Counted from the stretch's first letter, positions 9,702-20,418 are shown. The stretch is DNA of 64,000 bases from Nitrosopumilus sp. (GCA_965214775.1 OZ243974.1:224001-288000), one strand, 5' to 3'. The notes: generated by a model not told the origin, from the letters alone. A program made the numbers and translations.

Positions 9702-10460
9702 TTACCGCAATCCCCATCTGGACATTACTTTGTTTTCAACGCGCTTGAAAAGCACTCCATCAACAACCAGGCCAATTACCATGATAACAAGCATTATTGC
9801 AATTACCTGAGAAACGTCTGTCAGTGAACGGGCAGCATACAGCAAGTGACCCAATCCCAGGTATGCAAATAGCAGTTCGGCGCCAATTACGCCTCTCCAG
9901 GCAAATGCCCAGCCTTGCTTAAAGCCCGAAATCATGTATGGGAATGCAGCAGGTAACAGCACAGAAGTCACCAACTGGCTGCCTTTGGCACCCATGTTTC
10001 TGGCAGCCTCAATAAAGTGGGGATCAATATTCTTTACTCCCGTGTAGGTGTTGATTGTTACTGCAAAGATTGCACCGATTGCAACTACAAAGATAATTCC
10101 AGCGTCATTTAGCCCGTACCAGAGTATTGCCAACGGAACCCAGGCAATTGACGGAATTGATTGCAAGCCAAGAACCAGCGAACCGGCAGTTTGGTTGACG
10201 GCCTCGACTCTTGCCATAAAGACGCCAAGAATTATTCCCCCACAAATTGCAATTGCAAGGCCCACAACGAGCCTCCACATGCTCATGGCGGCCCCGTAAA
10301 AGAGGCTTCCGTCCATTGCAGTGTATGCCAAGTCTTCAGCTACTTCATAGGGAGATGGAAAGACGTTGGATGGCCATATTCCAATCATTGCAATGATCTG
10401 CCAGACGGCAACCAGTCCGACATAAAATGCAATTCTGTGAGGCGTGAAATTTTTCCCCAT
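9702..10460 (-). CDS. ABC transporter permease (SsuC/TauC/NitT type)
   Basis: Hydrophobic helices and EAARNMGA loop. Confidence 0.9.
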   Translation of the reverse strand: MGKNFTPHRIAFYVGLVAVWQIIAMIGIWPSNVFPSPYEVAEDLAYTAMDGSLFYGAAMSMWRLVVGLAIAICGGIILGVFMARVEAVNQTAGSLVLGLQSIPSIAWVPLAILWYGLNDAGIIFVVAIGAIFAVTINTYTGVKNIDPHFIEAARNMGAKGSQLVTSVLLPAAFPYMISGFKQGWAFAWRGVIGAELLFAYLGLGHLLYAARSLTDVSQVIAIMLVIMVIGLVVDGVLFKRVENKVMSRWGLR

Positions 10461-10465
10461 TTTGA

Positions 10466-11230
10466 CTACTCCTTTGCCTTCTTTACCTCTGGTCTAAGTT
10501 CTAAAAGAATGTCTTGTTGGAGTTGTAGCAGGGATTCATCCTCTACAACTCTGGGTCTCGGAGAATCATTGCTGACTTCTTTTTTGATTGATGACGGTCT
10601 GTTGCTAAATATCGCAACTTTGGTTCCCAGCACAGCGGCTTCGGCCACATTATGTGTTACAAACAAAATTGTTTTCTTTGTCTTTTCCCAGATTAATTGC
10701 ATTTCAACTAAAAGCAGATCGCGAGTCTGCGCATCTAGTGCGGCAAACGGCTCATCCATCAACAACACGTCAGGATCCATTACGAGTGCACGGGCAATGG
10801 CCACACGCTGTTTCATTCCCGTAGACAGCTGATAGGTGTAAGAATCTGCAAATTTTGTCAATTGCATCATGTCAAGATACCTGTTTGAAATCTTTGCTCT
10901 CTCTTCTTTTGGAATTCCAGCCATCTTGAGGCCAAATTCCACGTTGTCTTGAACCTTAAGCCATGGAAACAATGCGCCCTCCTGAAATACCATAATTCTC
11001 TCAGGGCCAGTTTCAGTTACCGGACGCCCATCAAAGAGAATCTGTCCCTCGTCTGGCGTTTCAAGGCCCGCCACTATGCGTAAAAACGTGGATTTGCCAC
11101 AGCCAGAAGGACCCACCAAACATACAAAGTCTCCGGCCTCCACCTTGAGGTTTATTCCGCCCAGCGCCTTGAGCTCGTGAGACTTGTGAGAGAAATACTT
11201 GACGATGTTTTTTGCCTCAAGTTTTGTCAT
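10466..11230 (-). CDS. ABC transporter ATPase (SsuB/TauB type)
   Basis: GPSGCGKST, LSTGMKQR, LLMDEPF; start placed at MTKLEAK. Confidence 0.92.
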   Translation of the reverse strand: MTKLEAKNIVKYFSHKSHELKALGGINLKVEAGDFVCLVGPSGCGKSTFLRIVAGLETPDEGQILFDGRPVTETGPERIMVFQEGALFPWLKVQDNVEFGLKMAGIPKEERAKISNRYLDMMQLTKFADSYTYQLSTGMKQRVAIARALVMDPDVLLMDEPFAALDAQTRDLLLVEMQLIWEKTKKTILFVTHNVAEAAVLGTKVAIFSNRPSSIKKEVSNDSPRPRVVEDESLLQLQQDILLELRPEVKKAKE

Positions 11231-12281
11231 CTGTGTCAGCTCCTCTTCTTTCTTCCTCTTCTTCTTCGTCCTCCTCAACAGAATCTGGACCATGATAAAA
11301 GATTTCAGAAATGTCGTATCCGTTTCTTCCCAAATAGCCCAAAGAATCTGCCTGTTTTGCAAACGTATGGATCGAATCAGGCAAAGGGTCATCAGTTATC
11401 TGAAGATTGGACAATGCAGTATCGACGATTTCATCAGGGAGAGGCTGGCCCAAATATGACTTTAAGAATGCGTTGAAAACGTTTCTTGCCTCTATAGGAT
11501 TTTCATTAATCCATCGTACTGTACTGTGATGCGATTGCAAAAAGTTTGAAGCAGTTTCAGGGTTGTCTTTTACATAATCGGCATTCCCAATAACTAAGAC
11601 AGATGCAAATTGTCCATCAGGCCACAAGTCCTCCTCGTGGAACAGTCTTTTTCCGTTCAGCTCAGTTTCCAAAATGGTGGCCCAGGGCTCTGCAACCCAT
11701 GCCCCATCGACATCGCCTTTTACAAACAGGGTGTAAATGTCAGGATTGGGAATGTTGTACACGGTAACAGAGCCCCCTTTTTCCTTTGGCTGCAATCCGT
11801 TTTCAGAAAGGTAGTTTCTCAATGAAACGTCTTGCGTGTTTCCTATTTGAGGAGCGGCAATCCTCTTTCCTGCAAAGTCAGATGCGGCAGCAATATCAGA
11901 GTTTGGATGGACGATAAAACTTGCACCTCCGCTTGCAGCGCCTGCAAGAATTTTCACGTTTTTGTTTTGGGAGTTAAGATGGCCGTTAATTGCAGGTCCA
12001 GGACCAACATATGCAATATCTATGGAATTGGAAAATAACGATTCAATGGCTTGGGGCCCGCTGTCAAACACCCTAGTCTCAATCCTAACATCAGGGCCAA
12101 CCTCGCCGGCAAAGTGTCCTTGTTCTACTCCAACAACAGGCACCGCATGCCCAATATTTGGAAAATACGCAATTCGAAGCTTGCCTTCATGTGTGGTGTC
12201 ACTAGAATTTAGTACAACACCAAATGCAGATAGTGCTGCAATCCCTACAATTCCGGCAACAATTGCCGATCTGGCATTCAT
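11217..12281 (-). CDS. ABC substrate-binding protein (SsuA-like, sulfonate/nitrate family)
   Basis: N-terminal membrane anchor, YVGPGP, PQIGNTQD, EPW. Confidence 0.88.
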   Translation of the reverse strand: MNARSAIVAGIVGIAALSAFGVVLNSSDTTHEGKLRIAYFPNIGHAVPVVGVEQGHFAGEVGPDVRIETRVFDSGPQAIESLFSNSIDIAYVGPGPAINGHLNSQNKNVKILAGAASGGASFIVHPNSDIAAASDFAGKRIAAPQIGNTQDVSLRNYLSENGLQPKEKGGSVTVYNIPNPDIYTLFVKGDVDGAWVAEPWATILETELNGKRLFHEEDLWPDGQFASVLVIGNADYVKDNPETASNFLQSHHSTVRWINENPIEARNVFNAFLKSYLGQPLPDEIVDTALSNLQITDDPLPDSIHTFAKQADSLGYLGRNGYDISEIFYHGPDSVEEDEEEEEERRGADTDDKT

Positions 12282-12414
12282 AAAACAGCGTTATATTTGG
12301 CGGTTAAATAATCATCGAATTTTAGCTCAAGCTAGCCAGACAAATTTTCAAAACACGCATCAAAATCCAGCCTAGCACAAAAGATAAATTCCAAAGTACG
12401 ACGGAAAAGATGTT

Positions 12415-13617
12415 TTGACTCAAAAAGGAATTCTTGCATTTTCCGGAGGACTAGACACGTCAGTTGCTGTAAAGTATCTTCAGGACGAGTACGGCATGGA
12501 CGTAATTACAGTTACAGTCGACGTAGGCCAGGGCGATGACAGTAAAAAAATTGCAGCCAAGGCAAAAAAGCTAGGAGTAAGAAAGCACTACAGCATTGAT
12601 GCAAGAAAGGAATTTGTCAAAGACTATGTTTTTCCATCAATTAAGGCAAATGCGCTGTATCAGAAAAAATATTGCCTTGCAACAGCCCTTGCAAGACCGC
12701 TAATTGCTCAAAAAGTCTTAGAGATTGCTAAAAAAGAAAAGGCAACGGTGCTTGCACACGGATGTTCTGGAAAAGGAAACGACCAGGTACGGTTTGACAT
12801 CACGCTACGTTCAGGTTCCAACCTGCCAATCATTGCACCAATCAGAGACAGGAATCTGGACAGAGTGACAGAGCTGAAATTTGCAAAAAAGCACGGCATT
12901 GAAATTGAAGACGTTGCAAAGAAATTCAGCATTGATCAAAACCTGTGGGGACGTGCAATTGAAGGCGGAGTGTTAGAGGATCCTTACAATGAACCGCCAG
13001 ACAGCGCGTTTATTTGGGTTAAAACAGAAAGCCTTCCGGAAAAACCAACCTACATCGAAATCAAGTTTGAAAGAGGAATTCCTGTTGCAGTTGACGGCAA
13101 AACAATGGAACCAGTCAGACTGGTAGAGCATCTCAATAAAAAGGCAGGTGAGGCAGGTGTCGGAATCGTTGATCATATAGAGGACAGGGTTGTCGGAATC
13201 AAATCACGCGAAGTGTACGAAACGCCTGCTGCAGCCTGCCTCATTGAGGCACATGCAGACTTGGAGAAGATGGTTCATACAAAGCATGAAAACAAATTCA
13301 AATCCCTGATTGATGAGGAGTGGTCCTACCTGGTATATTCAGGACTCTGGCAGGATCCGCTAAAGGCAGATTTGGACGGGTTTATCGAGGCATCTCAAAA
13401 ACCAGTATCAGGCACAGTCAGACTCAGGCTATACAAGGGAGGTCTAAGGGTAGTCGGAAGAAAGTCAAAGAACCACTCTTTGTACAGCCGTGAAATTGCC
13501 ACTTATGGAACAGAATCAACGTTTGATCAGAGACTGGCCAAGGGATTCGTCGAACTGTGGGGAATGCAGTCAACAGAAGCTAATAAATTACAAAAGAAAA
13601 GGTCAACAAAAACATGA
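12415..13617 (+). CDS. argG: Argininosuccinate synthase
   Basis: AFSGGLDTS, GCSGKGNDQVRF, KSREVYE. Confidence 0.96.
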   Translation: MTQKGILAFSGGLDTSVAVKYLQDEYGMDVITVTVDVGQGDDSKKIAAKAKKLGVRKHYSIDARKEFVKDYVFPSIKANALYQKKYCLATALARPLIAQKVLEIAKKEKATVLAHGCSGKGNDQVRFDITLRSGSNLPIIAPIRDRNLDRVTELKFAKKHGIEIEDVAKKFSIDQNLWGRAIEGGVLEDPYNEPPDSAFIWVKTESLPEKPTYIEIKFERGIPVAVDGKTMEPVRLVEHLNKKAGEAGVGIVDHIEDRVVGIKSREVYETPAAACLIEAHADLEKMVHTKHENKFKSLIDEEWSYLVYSGLWQDPLKADLDGFIEASQKPVSGTVRLRLYKGGLRVVGRKSKNHSLYSREIATYGTESTFDQRLAKGFVELWGMQSTEANKLQKKRSTKT

Positions 13618-13781
13618 ACTGCCCAGAATGTGACGCAGCACTGAACATCCCAGAAGATGCCGCCGTAGGAGAGATCATCTCCTGTCCTGATTGTGGAGCT
13701 GACTATGAAATCGCAAAGAAAGAAGGATCAAATGTTGAGCTGAAACAAGCAGAAAGCGTAGGCGAAGACTGGGGAGAGTAA
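13614..13781 (+). CDS. lysW: LysW/ArgW amino-group carrier protein 1 (55 aa, ends EDWGE)
   Basis: MNCPECD...CPDCG...VGEDWGE*; too short for the ORF track; overlaps the argG stop and lysX start. Confidence 0.95.
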   Translation: MNCPECDAALNIPEDAAVGEIISCPDCGADYEIAKKEGSNVELKQAESVGEDWGE

Positions 13782-14641
13782 TGTCAAAAGTCTGTATTGT
13801 GTTTGACCGCCTAAGATCAGAAGAGAAGATGCTGCAAAAAGAGGCATCAGAGCTCGGACACGATGCAGTTATGCTGGATGCAAAGATCACCCAAGTAAAC
13901 ACAGACAGCAAGAAAGAGGATTACGATCTTGGGGATGTTGTTTTGGAACGATGTGTCAGTTATTTTAGAGGGTTGCACTTTACATCAAGCTTGGAGTTTA
14001 TGGACATTCCTGTTCTCAACAGGTTTGATGTTGCAAGCCTCTGCGGAAACAAGATGTTCATGACTTTGCTTTTGAAAAAGAACAACATTCCGACGCCCAA
14101 GACATACTTTTCGTTTTCAAGTGACAGCGCATCTGAGAATTTGGAAAAAGTCGGATACCCGCTTGTCATCAAGCCCGTAATTGGGAGCTGGGGCAGGGGA
14201 GTAATGCCAATTCAGGACAAGGATACAATGGAGGCAATAGTCGAAGTAAGGGAAATTACGGACAGCCCGCACGACAGAATCTACTATCTGCAAGAGATGA
14301 TCAGCAGGCCTCAAAGAGACATCAGGGTGATCACAGTAGGGGACGAGCCTGTTGCTGCAATGTACAGAAAGTCTTCAGGAGGATTCAAGACCAACATCGC
14401 ATCAGGTGCCGAGCCTGAGATCTGTGAGACTACAAAGGAGATGGAGGATCTGGCCTCAAAGGCCTCAAAGGCGATGGGCGGAGGAATTCTTGGAATCGAC
14501 ATGATGGAAGATGAGAAAAGAGGGGGACTGGTCGTTCACGAAGTAAACAATACGGTAGAATTCAAAGGACTGGCAAGAGTTGCCAAACGTAACATTCCAA
14601 AAGAAATGATAGAATTTGCCCTAAACTACGTTAGGAAATAA
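13781..14641 (+). CDS. lysX: LysX/ArgX RimK-family ATP-grasp ligase 1 (probably ArgX from context)
   Basis: KPVIGSWGR, HEVNNTVEF. Confidence 0.9.
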   Translation: MSKVCIVFDRLRSEEKMLQKEASELGHDAVMLDAKITQVNTDSKKEDYDLGDVVLERCVSYFRGLHFTSSLEFMDIPVLNRFDVASLCGNKMFMTLLLKKNNIPTPKTYFSFSSDSASENLEKVGYPLVIKPVIGSWGRGVMPIQDKDTMEAIVEVREITDSPHDRIYYLQEMISRPQRDIRVITVGDEPVAAMYRKSSGGFKTNIASGAEPEICETTKEMEDLASKASKAMGGGILGIDMMEDEKRGGLVVHEVNNTVEFKGLARVAKRNIPKEMIEFALNYVRK

Positions 14642-14669
14642 ATTACACTCATTTGTGAGGGGGTTTATC

Positions 14670-15716
14670 ATGAAAGTAGGTGTTGTCGGAGCTTCAGGAT
14701 ACGTAGGTGGGGAGACATTGCGTCTTCTAGTAAACCACCCAAAAGTCGAGATATCGATGGTGACATCAAGACAACACGTAGGAGAATACCTTCACAGGGT
14801 CCAGCCAAGTTTGAAGGGATTTACCGATCTTACATTCTCAGAATTGGATTATGACAAGCTGACTGACAGGTGTGATCTTGTTTTTACGGCAGTTCCACAC
14901 GGAACGGCAACTGAAATTGTAAAGGCACTGTACGACAGGGGGGTCAAAATCATTGATCTGAGTGCAGACTACAGACTGCACGATCAGGACGCATATGACA
15001 AATGGTACGGATGGAAACATCCACATCCGGATTATCTTAAAAAATCCGTCTTTGGGGTGCCAGAATTGCACAGAGACGAGATCAAAAAGGCACAACTAGT
15101 CTCATGTCCAGGATGCATGGCCGTAACCTCAATGCTGGCCCTTGCGCCACTAGTCAGAGACAGCATCATCGATACTGAACATATCGTTGTTGATTCTAAA
15201 ATCGGTTCGTCTGGCGCAGGTTCCGGCTCAGGTACTGCACATGCAATGAGGGCAGGCGTCATCAGGCCATACAAGCCAGCAAAGCACAGGCACACCGGAG
15301 AGATTGAACAGGAATTAAGCAAGATAGCCGGAAGAAGGATCAATGTTTCAATGAGCCCGCACGCAGTCGACGTGGTAAGAGGAATCCTGTGTACAAACCA
15401 TACGTTCATGGAAAAGGATGTTGATGAAAAAGAACTGTGGAGGCTGTACCGTCAAGCCTATGGCGAAGAAAAGTTTGTCAGGTTAATCAGGGACAAGAAA
15501 GGGCTGTACAAATTCCCAGACCCAAAATTCCTAGTCGGCTCTAATTTCTGCGACATTGGATTTGATTTAGATCATGACAATCAAAGATTAATTGCGTTAT
15601 CTGCATCAGACAACCTTATGAAGGGTGCTGCAGGATCGGCCGTTCAAAACATGAATGTAATGTGCGGCTTTGACGAGATGGACGGACTTAGATACACCCC
15701 GCTGACTCCTGTTTAG
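14670..15716 (+). CDS. lysY: LysW-aminoacyl-phosphate reductase
   Basis: GASGYVG, SCPGC, DNLMKGAAG (ArgC family). Confidence 0.93.
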   Translation: MKVGVVGASGYVGGETLRLLVNHPKVEISMVTSRQHVGEYLHRVQPSLKGFTDLTFSELDYDKLTDRCDLVFTAVPHGTATEIVKALYDRGVKIIDLSADYRLHDQDAYDKWYGWKHPHPDYLKKSVFGVPELHRDEIKKAQLVSCPGCMAVTSMLALAPLVRDSIIDTEHIVVDSKIGSSGAGSGSGTAHAMRAGVIRPYKPAKHRHTGEIEQELSKIAGRRINVSMSPHAVDVVRGILCTNHTFMEKDVDEKELWRLYRQAYGEEKFVRLIRDKKGLYKFPDPKFLVGSNFCDIGFDLDHDNQRLIALSASDNLMKGAAGSAVQNMNVMCGFDEMDGLRYTPLTPV

Positions 15717-15718
15717 AA

Positions 15719-16522
15719 ATGATTACTGTCAAAATAGGCGGAAGTGTGGTAGACGACTTGCATCCATCGACAATTGCAGACATCAAAAGGGTTGCGGGAT
15801 CCGAAGGAATGATTTTGGTTCATGGCGGCGGAAAGGAAGTCACCAAAGTCTGCAAACAGCTTGGAAAAGAGCCAAGGTTTGTCACATCGCCCAGCGGAAT
15901 CAAAAGCAGATACACGGACAAAGAGACTGCGGAAATCTTCACCATGGTAATGTCTGGAAGAATCAACAAGGCCATCGTTCAGATGCTTCAAAAAAACGGA
16001 ATCAATGCCGTAGGACTTTCAGGGATAGATGCCAAAGCAATCAAGGCAGACAGAAAAAAGAGGCTTCTCATCGTAAATGAAAAGGGCAGAAAGCAGGCAA
16101 TTGATGGAGGATATACTGGAAAGATCAAAGAGGTGAACTCTGCATTCATAAAGTCATTGCTTGATCAGGGCCTTACGCCGGTAATTTCACCCATAGCAAT
16201 CAGCGAGGAATCAGAGTTCCTCAACGTGGATGGGGACAGAGCTGCGGCATATGTCGCAGGCAGTGTTGGCAGTGACAAGGTGCTATTCATTACAAACGTA
16301 GACGGACTACTTATGGATGATCAGGTAGTTTCAAAACTGACATTGGCCCAAGCAAAAGAGATCAGGCCAAAAGTCGGCCCGGGAATGGAAAAAAAGATTC
16401 TTGCATCTGCCGAGGCGTTGGACATGGGCGTCAGGCAGGCGTTTATTGCAAGCGGACAGAGGGAAAACCCGGTCTCTTCGGCAATCTCAGGCAACAGGTG
16501 TACGGTGATAGAGCATGAGTGA
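15719..16522 (+). CDS. lysZ: LysW-aminoadipate/glutamate kinase
   Basis: KIGGS, VHGGG, LNVDGDRAA. Confidence 0.93.
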   Translation: MITVKIGGSVVDDLHPSTIADIKRVAGSEGMILVHGGGKEVTKVCKQLGKEPRFVTSPSGIKSRYTDKETAEIFTMVMSGRINKAIVQMLQKNGINAVGLSGIDAKAIKADRKKRLLIVNEKGRKQAIDGGYTGKIKEVNSAFIKSLLDQGLTPVISPIAISEESEFLNVDGDRAAAYVAGSVGSDKVLFITNVDGLLMDDQVVSKLTLAQAKEIRPKVGPGMEKKILASAEALDMGVRQAFIASGQRENPVSSAISGNRCTVIEHE

Positions 16523-17696
16523 AGATCAGCATATGGGAAACCTGTATCAGAGATTCCCAGTAACAATTGAAAGAGGAAAGGGCGCACATGTTTGGGATGT
16601 GGATGGCAAGGAGTACATCGATTGCATGGGCGGGTACGGCGTGGCCCTGGTCGGACATCAGAATAAAAGAGTAAATGATGCAATCAGGCAGCAGATAGAC
16701 AAAATCATCACGGTCCACAGCTCATTGTACAACAAAACAAGAGAGGAGTTTTTGCGGACTTTGATCGGCTTGGCGCCTGAAAAACTATCTCAGGTTCATT
16801 TGAACAACAGCGGTGCAGAGGCAATCGAGGCTGCAATCAAGTTTGCAAGAAAGTTTACCGGCAAAAAAGGAATGGTTGCAATGAAGGGATCATACCATGG
16901 AAAGTCGCTTGGCGCGCTGTCCTTGACGTTTAACCCGAAATACAGAAAGGCATTCCAGCCCCTAGTTGAGAAAGTGTCATTTGCGTCATTTGGGGACATC
17001 GAGTCGCTGCGCTCAGCAGTAGATGATGATACTGCCTTTGTCATATTGGAGCCAATTCAGGGTGAAAGCGGAATCAACGTGGCTCCTGAAGGGTTTTTGC
17101 AGGATGTCCGAAGACTTTGCGATGAGAAGAAAATCCTGCTAATTTTTGACGAGATTCAGGCCGGACTTGGCAGGACAGGGCGGTTATGGGCCCATGATCA
17201 CTGGGACACTGCACCGGACATTTTGTGTCTGGCAAAAGGAATTGCCGGCGGGATCCCAATGGGTGTAACGCTGGTCAGGCCAGACATTTTGGCCTCAATG
17301 AGCAAGGGGGAGCATTCCTCCACATTTGGAGGAAACCCGATCTCTTGTGCGGCAGGCACTGCTGCACTAAAGGCGTTAACAGAAGACAGACTGATTGAAA
17401 ATTCCGAAAGGATGGGGAAGATCTTCAGGGATGGATTAGAGAAACTAAAGGAAAAACACGCAATAATCAGGGAAATTCGGGGCAAGGGACTCATGATTGG
17501 CATAGAGATGAAATTCGAGGTCAGAGATATCCTGATGGGCCTTATCAGGGAGGGTGTCCTGATGCTTTATTCTGGAAGAAACATACTGCGAATTCTTCCC
17601 CCGCTAGTAATATCTGAAGAAGACATAACAAAAGTTTTACATTCCCTGGATATCATACTTACCAAAGAGGAAGAAAAACGAGATGTACAAGGATAG
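16515..17696 (+). CDS. lysJ: LysW-semialdehyde aminotransferase (class III)
   Basis: FDEIQAGLGRTG, AKGIAGG, HSSTFGGNP. Confidence 0.93.
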   Translation: MSEDQHMGNLYQRFPVTIERGKGAHVWDVDGKEYIDCMGGYGVALVGHQNKRVNDAIRQQIDKIITVHSSLYNKTREEFLRTLIGLAPEKLSQVHLNNSGAEAIEAAIKFARKFTGKKGMVAMKGSYHGKSLGALSLTFNPKYRKAFQPLVEKVSFASFGDIESLRSAVDDDTAFVILEPIQGESGINVAPEGFLQDVRRLCDEKKILLIFDEIQAGLGRTGRLWAHDHWDTAPDILCLAKGIAGGIPMGVTLVRPDILASMSKGEHSSTFGGNPISCAAGTAALKALTEDRLIENSERMGKIFRDGLEKLKEKHAIIREIRGKGLMIGIEMKFEVRDILMGLIREGVLMLYSGRNILRILPPLVISEEDITKVLHSLDIILTKEEEKRDVQG

Positions 17697-18102
17697 AACA
17701 GACGAAAAAATCATAGGCTATCTAAAAGAAGACTCTAGGGAGTCATTTGTAGATATTGGCAAAAAACTAAAGCTGTCCGAATCTGCGGTTCGAAGAAGGG
17801 TAAAAAATCTGGTCGACAACAGGACAATCAAAAAATTCACCGTGGAGTTAAGAGAAGAAAATGCAACCAGTGCCATTGTCCTGGTTTCTGTAGATTCGGC
17901 AACAGACACCTCCAAAGTTTCACTCAAGCTTGGAAAACTCAAAGGCGTAAAGACAGTATATGAGATTACAGGGCAATACGACATTACGACCATAATCAGC
18001 GCCCCAAGCATTGCAGAGATAAACAGCAGTATTGACGCATTAAGAAAGATTCAGGGCGTCGTAGACACCAATACCATAATAATCTTGAAGAAAGTAGTCT
18101 AA
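17683..18102 (+). CDS. lysM: Lrp/AsnC regulator, LysM-like
   Basis: LSESAVRRRV HTH and ITGQYD RAM domain inside the lys/arg cluster. Confidence 0.85.
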   Translation: MYKDRTDEKIIGYLKEDSRESFVDIGKKLKLSESAVRRRVKNLVDNRTIKKFTVELREENATSAIVLVSVDSATDTSKVSLKLGKLKGVKTVYEITGQYDITTIISAPSIAEINSSIDALRKIQGVVDTNTIIILKKVV

Positions 18103-18218
18103 AACGACTTTCGCTTCAAAACTTCTTTTCCAGTCTATTTTAGGATCAACTATGACCTTTTTCAACGAACATAGTACGAATATGTTTATAAGAAGAAATT
18201 CTGACAACGAAATCAGCA

Positions 18219-19385
18219 ATGAAAGATCCGAATCATTATGCAGACATATACAACGCATATGACAAAAACCCAAAGAGAATCAAGGTGCTAGACAGCACTT
18301 TGAGGGAAGGGGAGCAGCATCCCGGCGTCTCATTTACAAACAAACAAAGGATTCAGATTGCATGGATGCTGGATTATTTCGGAGTCGATCAGATTGAAAT
18401 CTCTCCGGTTGTTTCCGGTGATCACAAGGAGGCAACCAAGACAATAATCAAGCAGGGACTAAACGCAGACATTGTTTCGCACGGACGTGCACTAAAGCAA
18501 GACGTTGACGCATCGTTGGACTGTGATGCCAGATGGTGTGCGGCATACTTGGGGATTTCAGACATACATCTAAAAGACAAGCTGAGAATTACAAGGGAGG
18601 AGGCCATTACCAGGGCAGTTGAGACTGTAGAGTATGCAAAATCTCACGGATTGAAGATCAGGTTTACAGTGGAGGACGGCAGCAGGACAGAGCCGGGGTT
18701 CCTGCTAGAGGTCTGCAAGGCCATCGAAGAGGCAGGAGTGGACAGAATCAGTCTGCCTGACACGGTAGGGATTCTCAGGCCGATTGGCATGTATAATTTT
18801 GTAAAAAAGGTAAGGGATTCAACTGATCTGCCATTGGATGCCCACGTACACAACGACATGGGATTTGCAGTTGCCAATGCTTTTTCTGCGTGTGATGCAG
18901 GAGTTGATCAGATTCATACGACTATTGACGGCATCGGAGAAAGGACCGGGATTCCGCCTTTGGCAGAGGTCGCAGTCGCCCTGACCTATCTTTACAAGTC
19001 ACCAAACGACTTCAGACTGGACATGCTGCTAGATTTGTCTAGACTGATTGAGGACTATACGACAATCAAGCCGTATGATTCAAAACCAATCGTAGGCTCT
19101 TCGGCATACAAACACAAGGCAGGAACCCACTTGGCTGCAATTCTAAGAAATCCTGCAGCATACGAGCCCATTCCGCCACGCGCAGTAGGAAACAGGCGCA
19201 GAATCGTGTTTGGCGAGCTGGCCGGAAAGACGGGAGCCGCCTACCTGATGTCGCTGTTAGGACTGGAAAAAGATGACGAAAGGGCCAAGGCAGTCGCATC
19301 CGGACTAAAGGGCCTCAGAATGGGGGATCTGATCGAAATTCCACTAGAAGACAGGCTTGAAAAAAAGATAACCGATGATAAATAA
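18219..19385 (+). CDS. Homocitrate synthase (LeuA/DRE-TIM family)
   Basis: DSTLREGEQ, HVHND, GIGERTG, HKAGTH; located in the lysine cluster. Confidence 0.85.
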   Translation: MKDPNHYADIYNAYDKNPKRIKVLDSTLREGEQHPGVSFTNKQRIQIAWMLDYFGVDQIEISPVVSGDHKEATKTIIKQGLNADIVSHGRALKQDVDASLDCDARWCAAYLGISDIHLKDKLRITREEAITRAVETVEYAKSHGLKIRFTVEDGSRTEPGFLLEVCKAIEEAGVDRISLPDTVGILRPIGMYNFVKKVRDSTDLPLDAHVHNDMGFAVANAFSACDAGVDQIHTTIDGIGERTGIPPLAEVAVALTYLYKSPNDFRLDMLLDLSRLIEDYTTIKPYDSKPIVGSSAYKHKAGTHLAAILRNPAAYEPIPPRAVGNRRRIVFGELAGKTGAAYLMSLLGLEKDDERAKAVASGLKGLRMGDLIEIPLEDRLEKKITDDK

Positions 19386-19411
19386 ATAGAGGGGGCGTAA
19401 AGGGAGGTATG

Positions 19412-19579
19412 ATGTCCAAATGCGAAGAATGCGATGCAGAAATTTCAATTCCAAGGGATGCACTTGAGGGGGAAATTGTCACCTGTCCGGAATGCGGGGC
19501 AAGTTATGAGTTAGCAAAAGGTTCAGACGGCTTCGATCTAAAGCCTGCCCAAACGGTTGGCGAGGATTGGGGACAGTGA
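19412..19579 (+). CDS. lysW: LysW-like carrier protein 2 (55 aa, ends EDWGQ)
   Basis: MSKCEECD...CPECG...VGEDWGQ* (gag gat tgg gga cag tga); GGAGG upstream. Confidence 0.92.
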   Translation: MSKCEECDAEISIPRDALEGEIVTCPECGASYELAKGSDGFDLKPAQTVGEDWGQ

Positions 19580-20418
19580 GTCCTGACGTTACTGTTCTTT
19601 ATGATGCCATCCGGTGGGAGGAAAAGGCCCTTCTAGAAGCGGGTAAAAAAAACAACATCAGCATACAGATGGCAGATTGTAAGAAACTGGCCTTGGATTT
19701 GGAAAAGAAACCTGAAGATTACGGGGTTGTAATCCAAAGATGTGTGAGTTATTATCGAAACTTGCATTCTACTGCGGCACTTGAGGGACTTGGAGTCAGG
19801 GTGATTAACTGCCTGAACACAGGAGTGTTTGCAGGAAACAAGTTGTTCACACACATGCTGCTAAAAAAATTCGGGGTCCCGACTCCGGATGCCACGGTCG
19901 CATTTTCAAAGGATGCCGCACTAGACATGTTGGATGCCCAGGGGTTTCCCAGAGTCATCAAGCCGACAGTCGGGAGTTGGGGAAGGCTGGTTTCAAGACT
20001 AAATGACAGGGAGTCTGCCGAAGGGATTATCAGCAGCAGGGAAAGCATGTATCCGATATATCAGATTCATTATCTGGAAGAGTTTGTAAAAAGACCGCCC
20101 AGGGACATCCGGGCAATCATGGTAGGAGACAGGATTGTTGCGGCCATTTACAGGAACTCCAAACGTTGGAAGACAAACATGGCATTGGGAGGAATGGCAG
20201 AGCCGTGCAAAGTAACCTCAGAGATGGAGGAGATGTGCATCAAAGCAAAAAACGCCGTTCAAGGGGACATTGTAGGTGTAGACCTGATGGAAAGTGAGGA
20301 GAAAGGGCTAGTCGTGCACGAGGTCAACAACACCACAGAATACAAGAACACTGTCAGAGTCTGTGGCGTGGATATTCCATCGCTGATGCTAAAGCACGCC
20401 CTTGAAAAATACAGGTGA
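19576..20418 (+). CDS. lysX: LysX RimK-family ATP-grasp ligase 2
   Basis: KPTVGSWGR, HEVNNTTEY; GTG start overlaps the lysW2 stop. Confidence 0.9.
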   Translation: MSPDVTVLYDAIRWEEKALLEAGKKNNISIQMADCKKLALDLEKKPEDYGVVIQRCVSYYRNLHSTAALEGLGVRVINCLNTGVFAGNKLFTHMLLKKFGVPTPDATVAFSKDAALDMLDAQGFPRVIKPTVGSWGRLVSRLNDRESAEGIISSRESMYPIYQIHYLEEFVKRPPRDIRAIMVGDRIVAAIYRNSKRWKTNMALGGMAEPCKVTSEMEEMCIKAKNAVQGDIVGVDLMESEEKGLVVHEVNNTTEYKNTVRVCGVDIPSLMLKHALEKYR

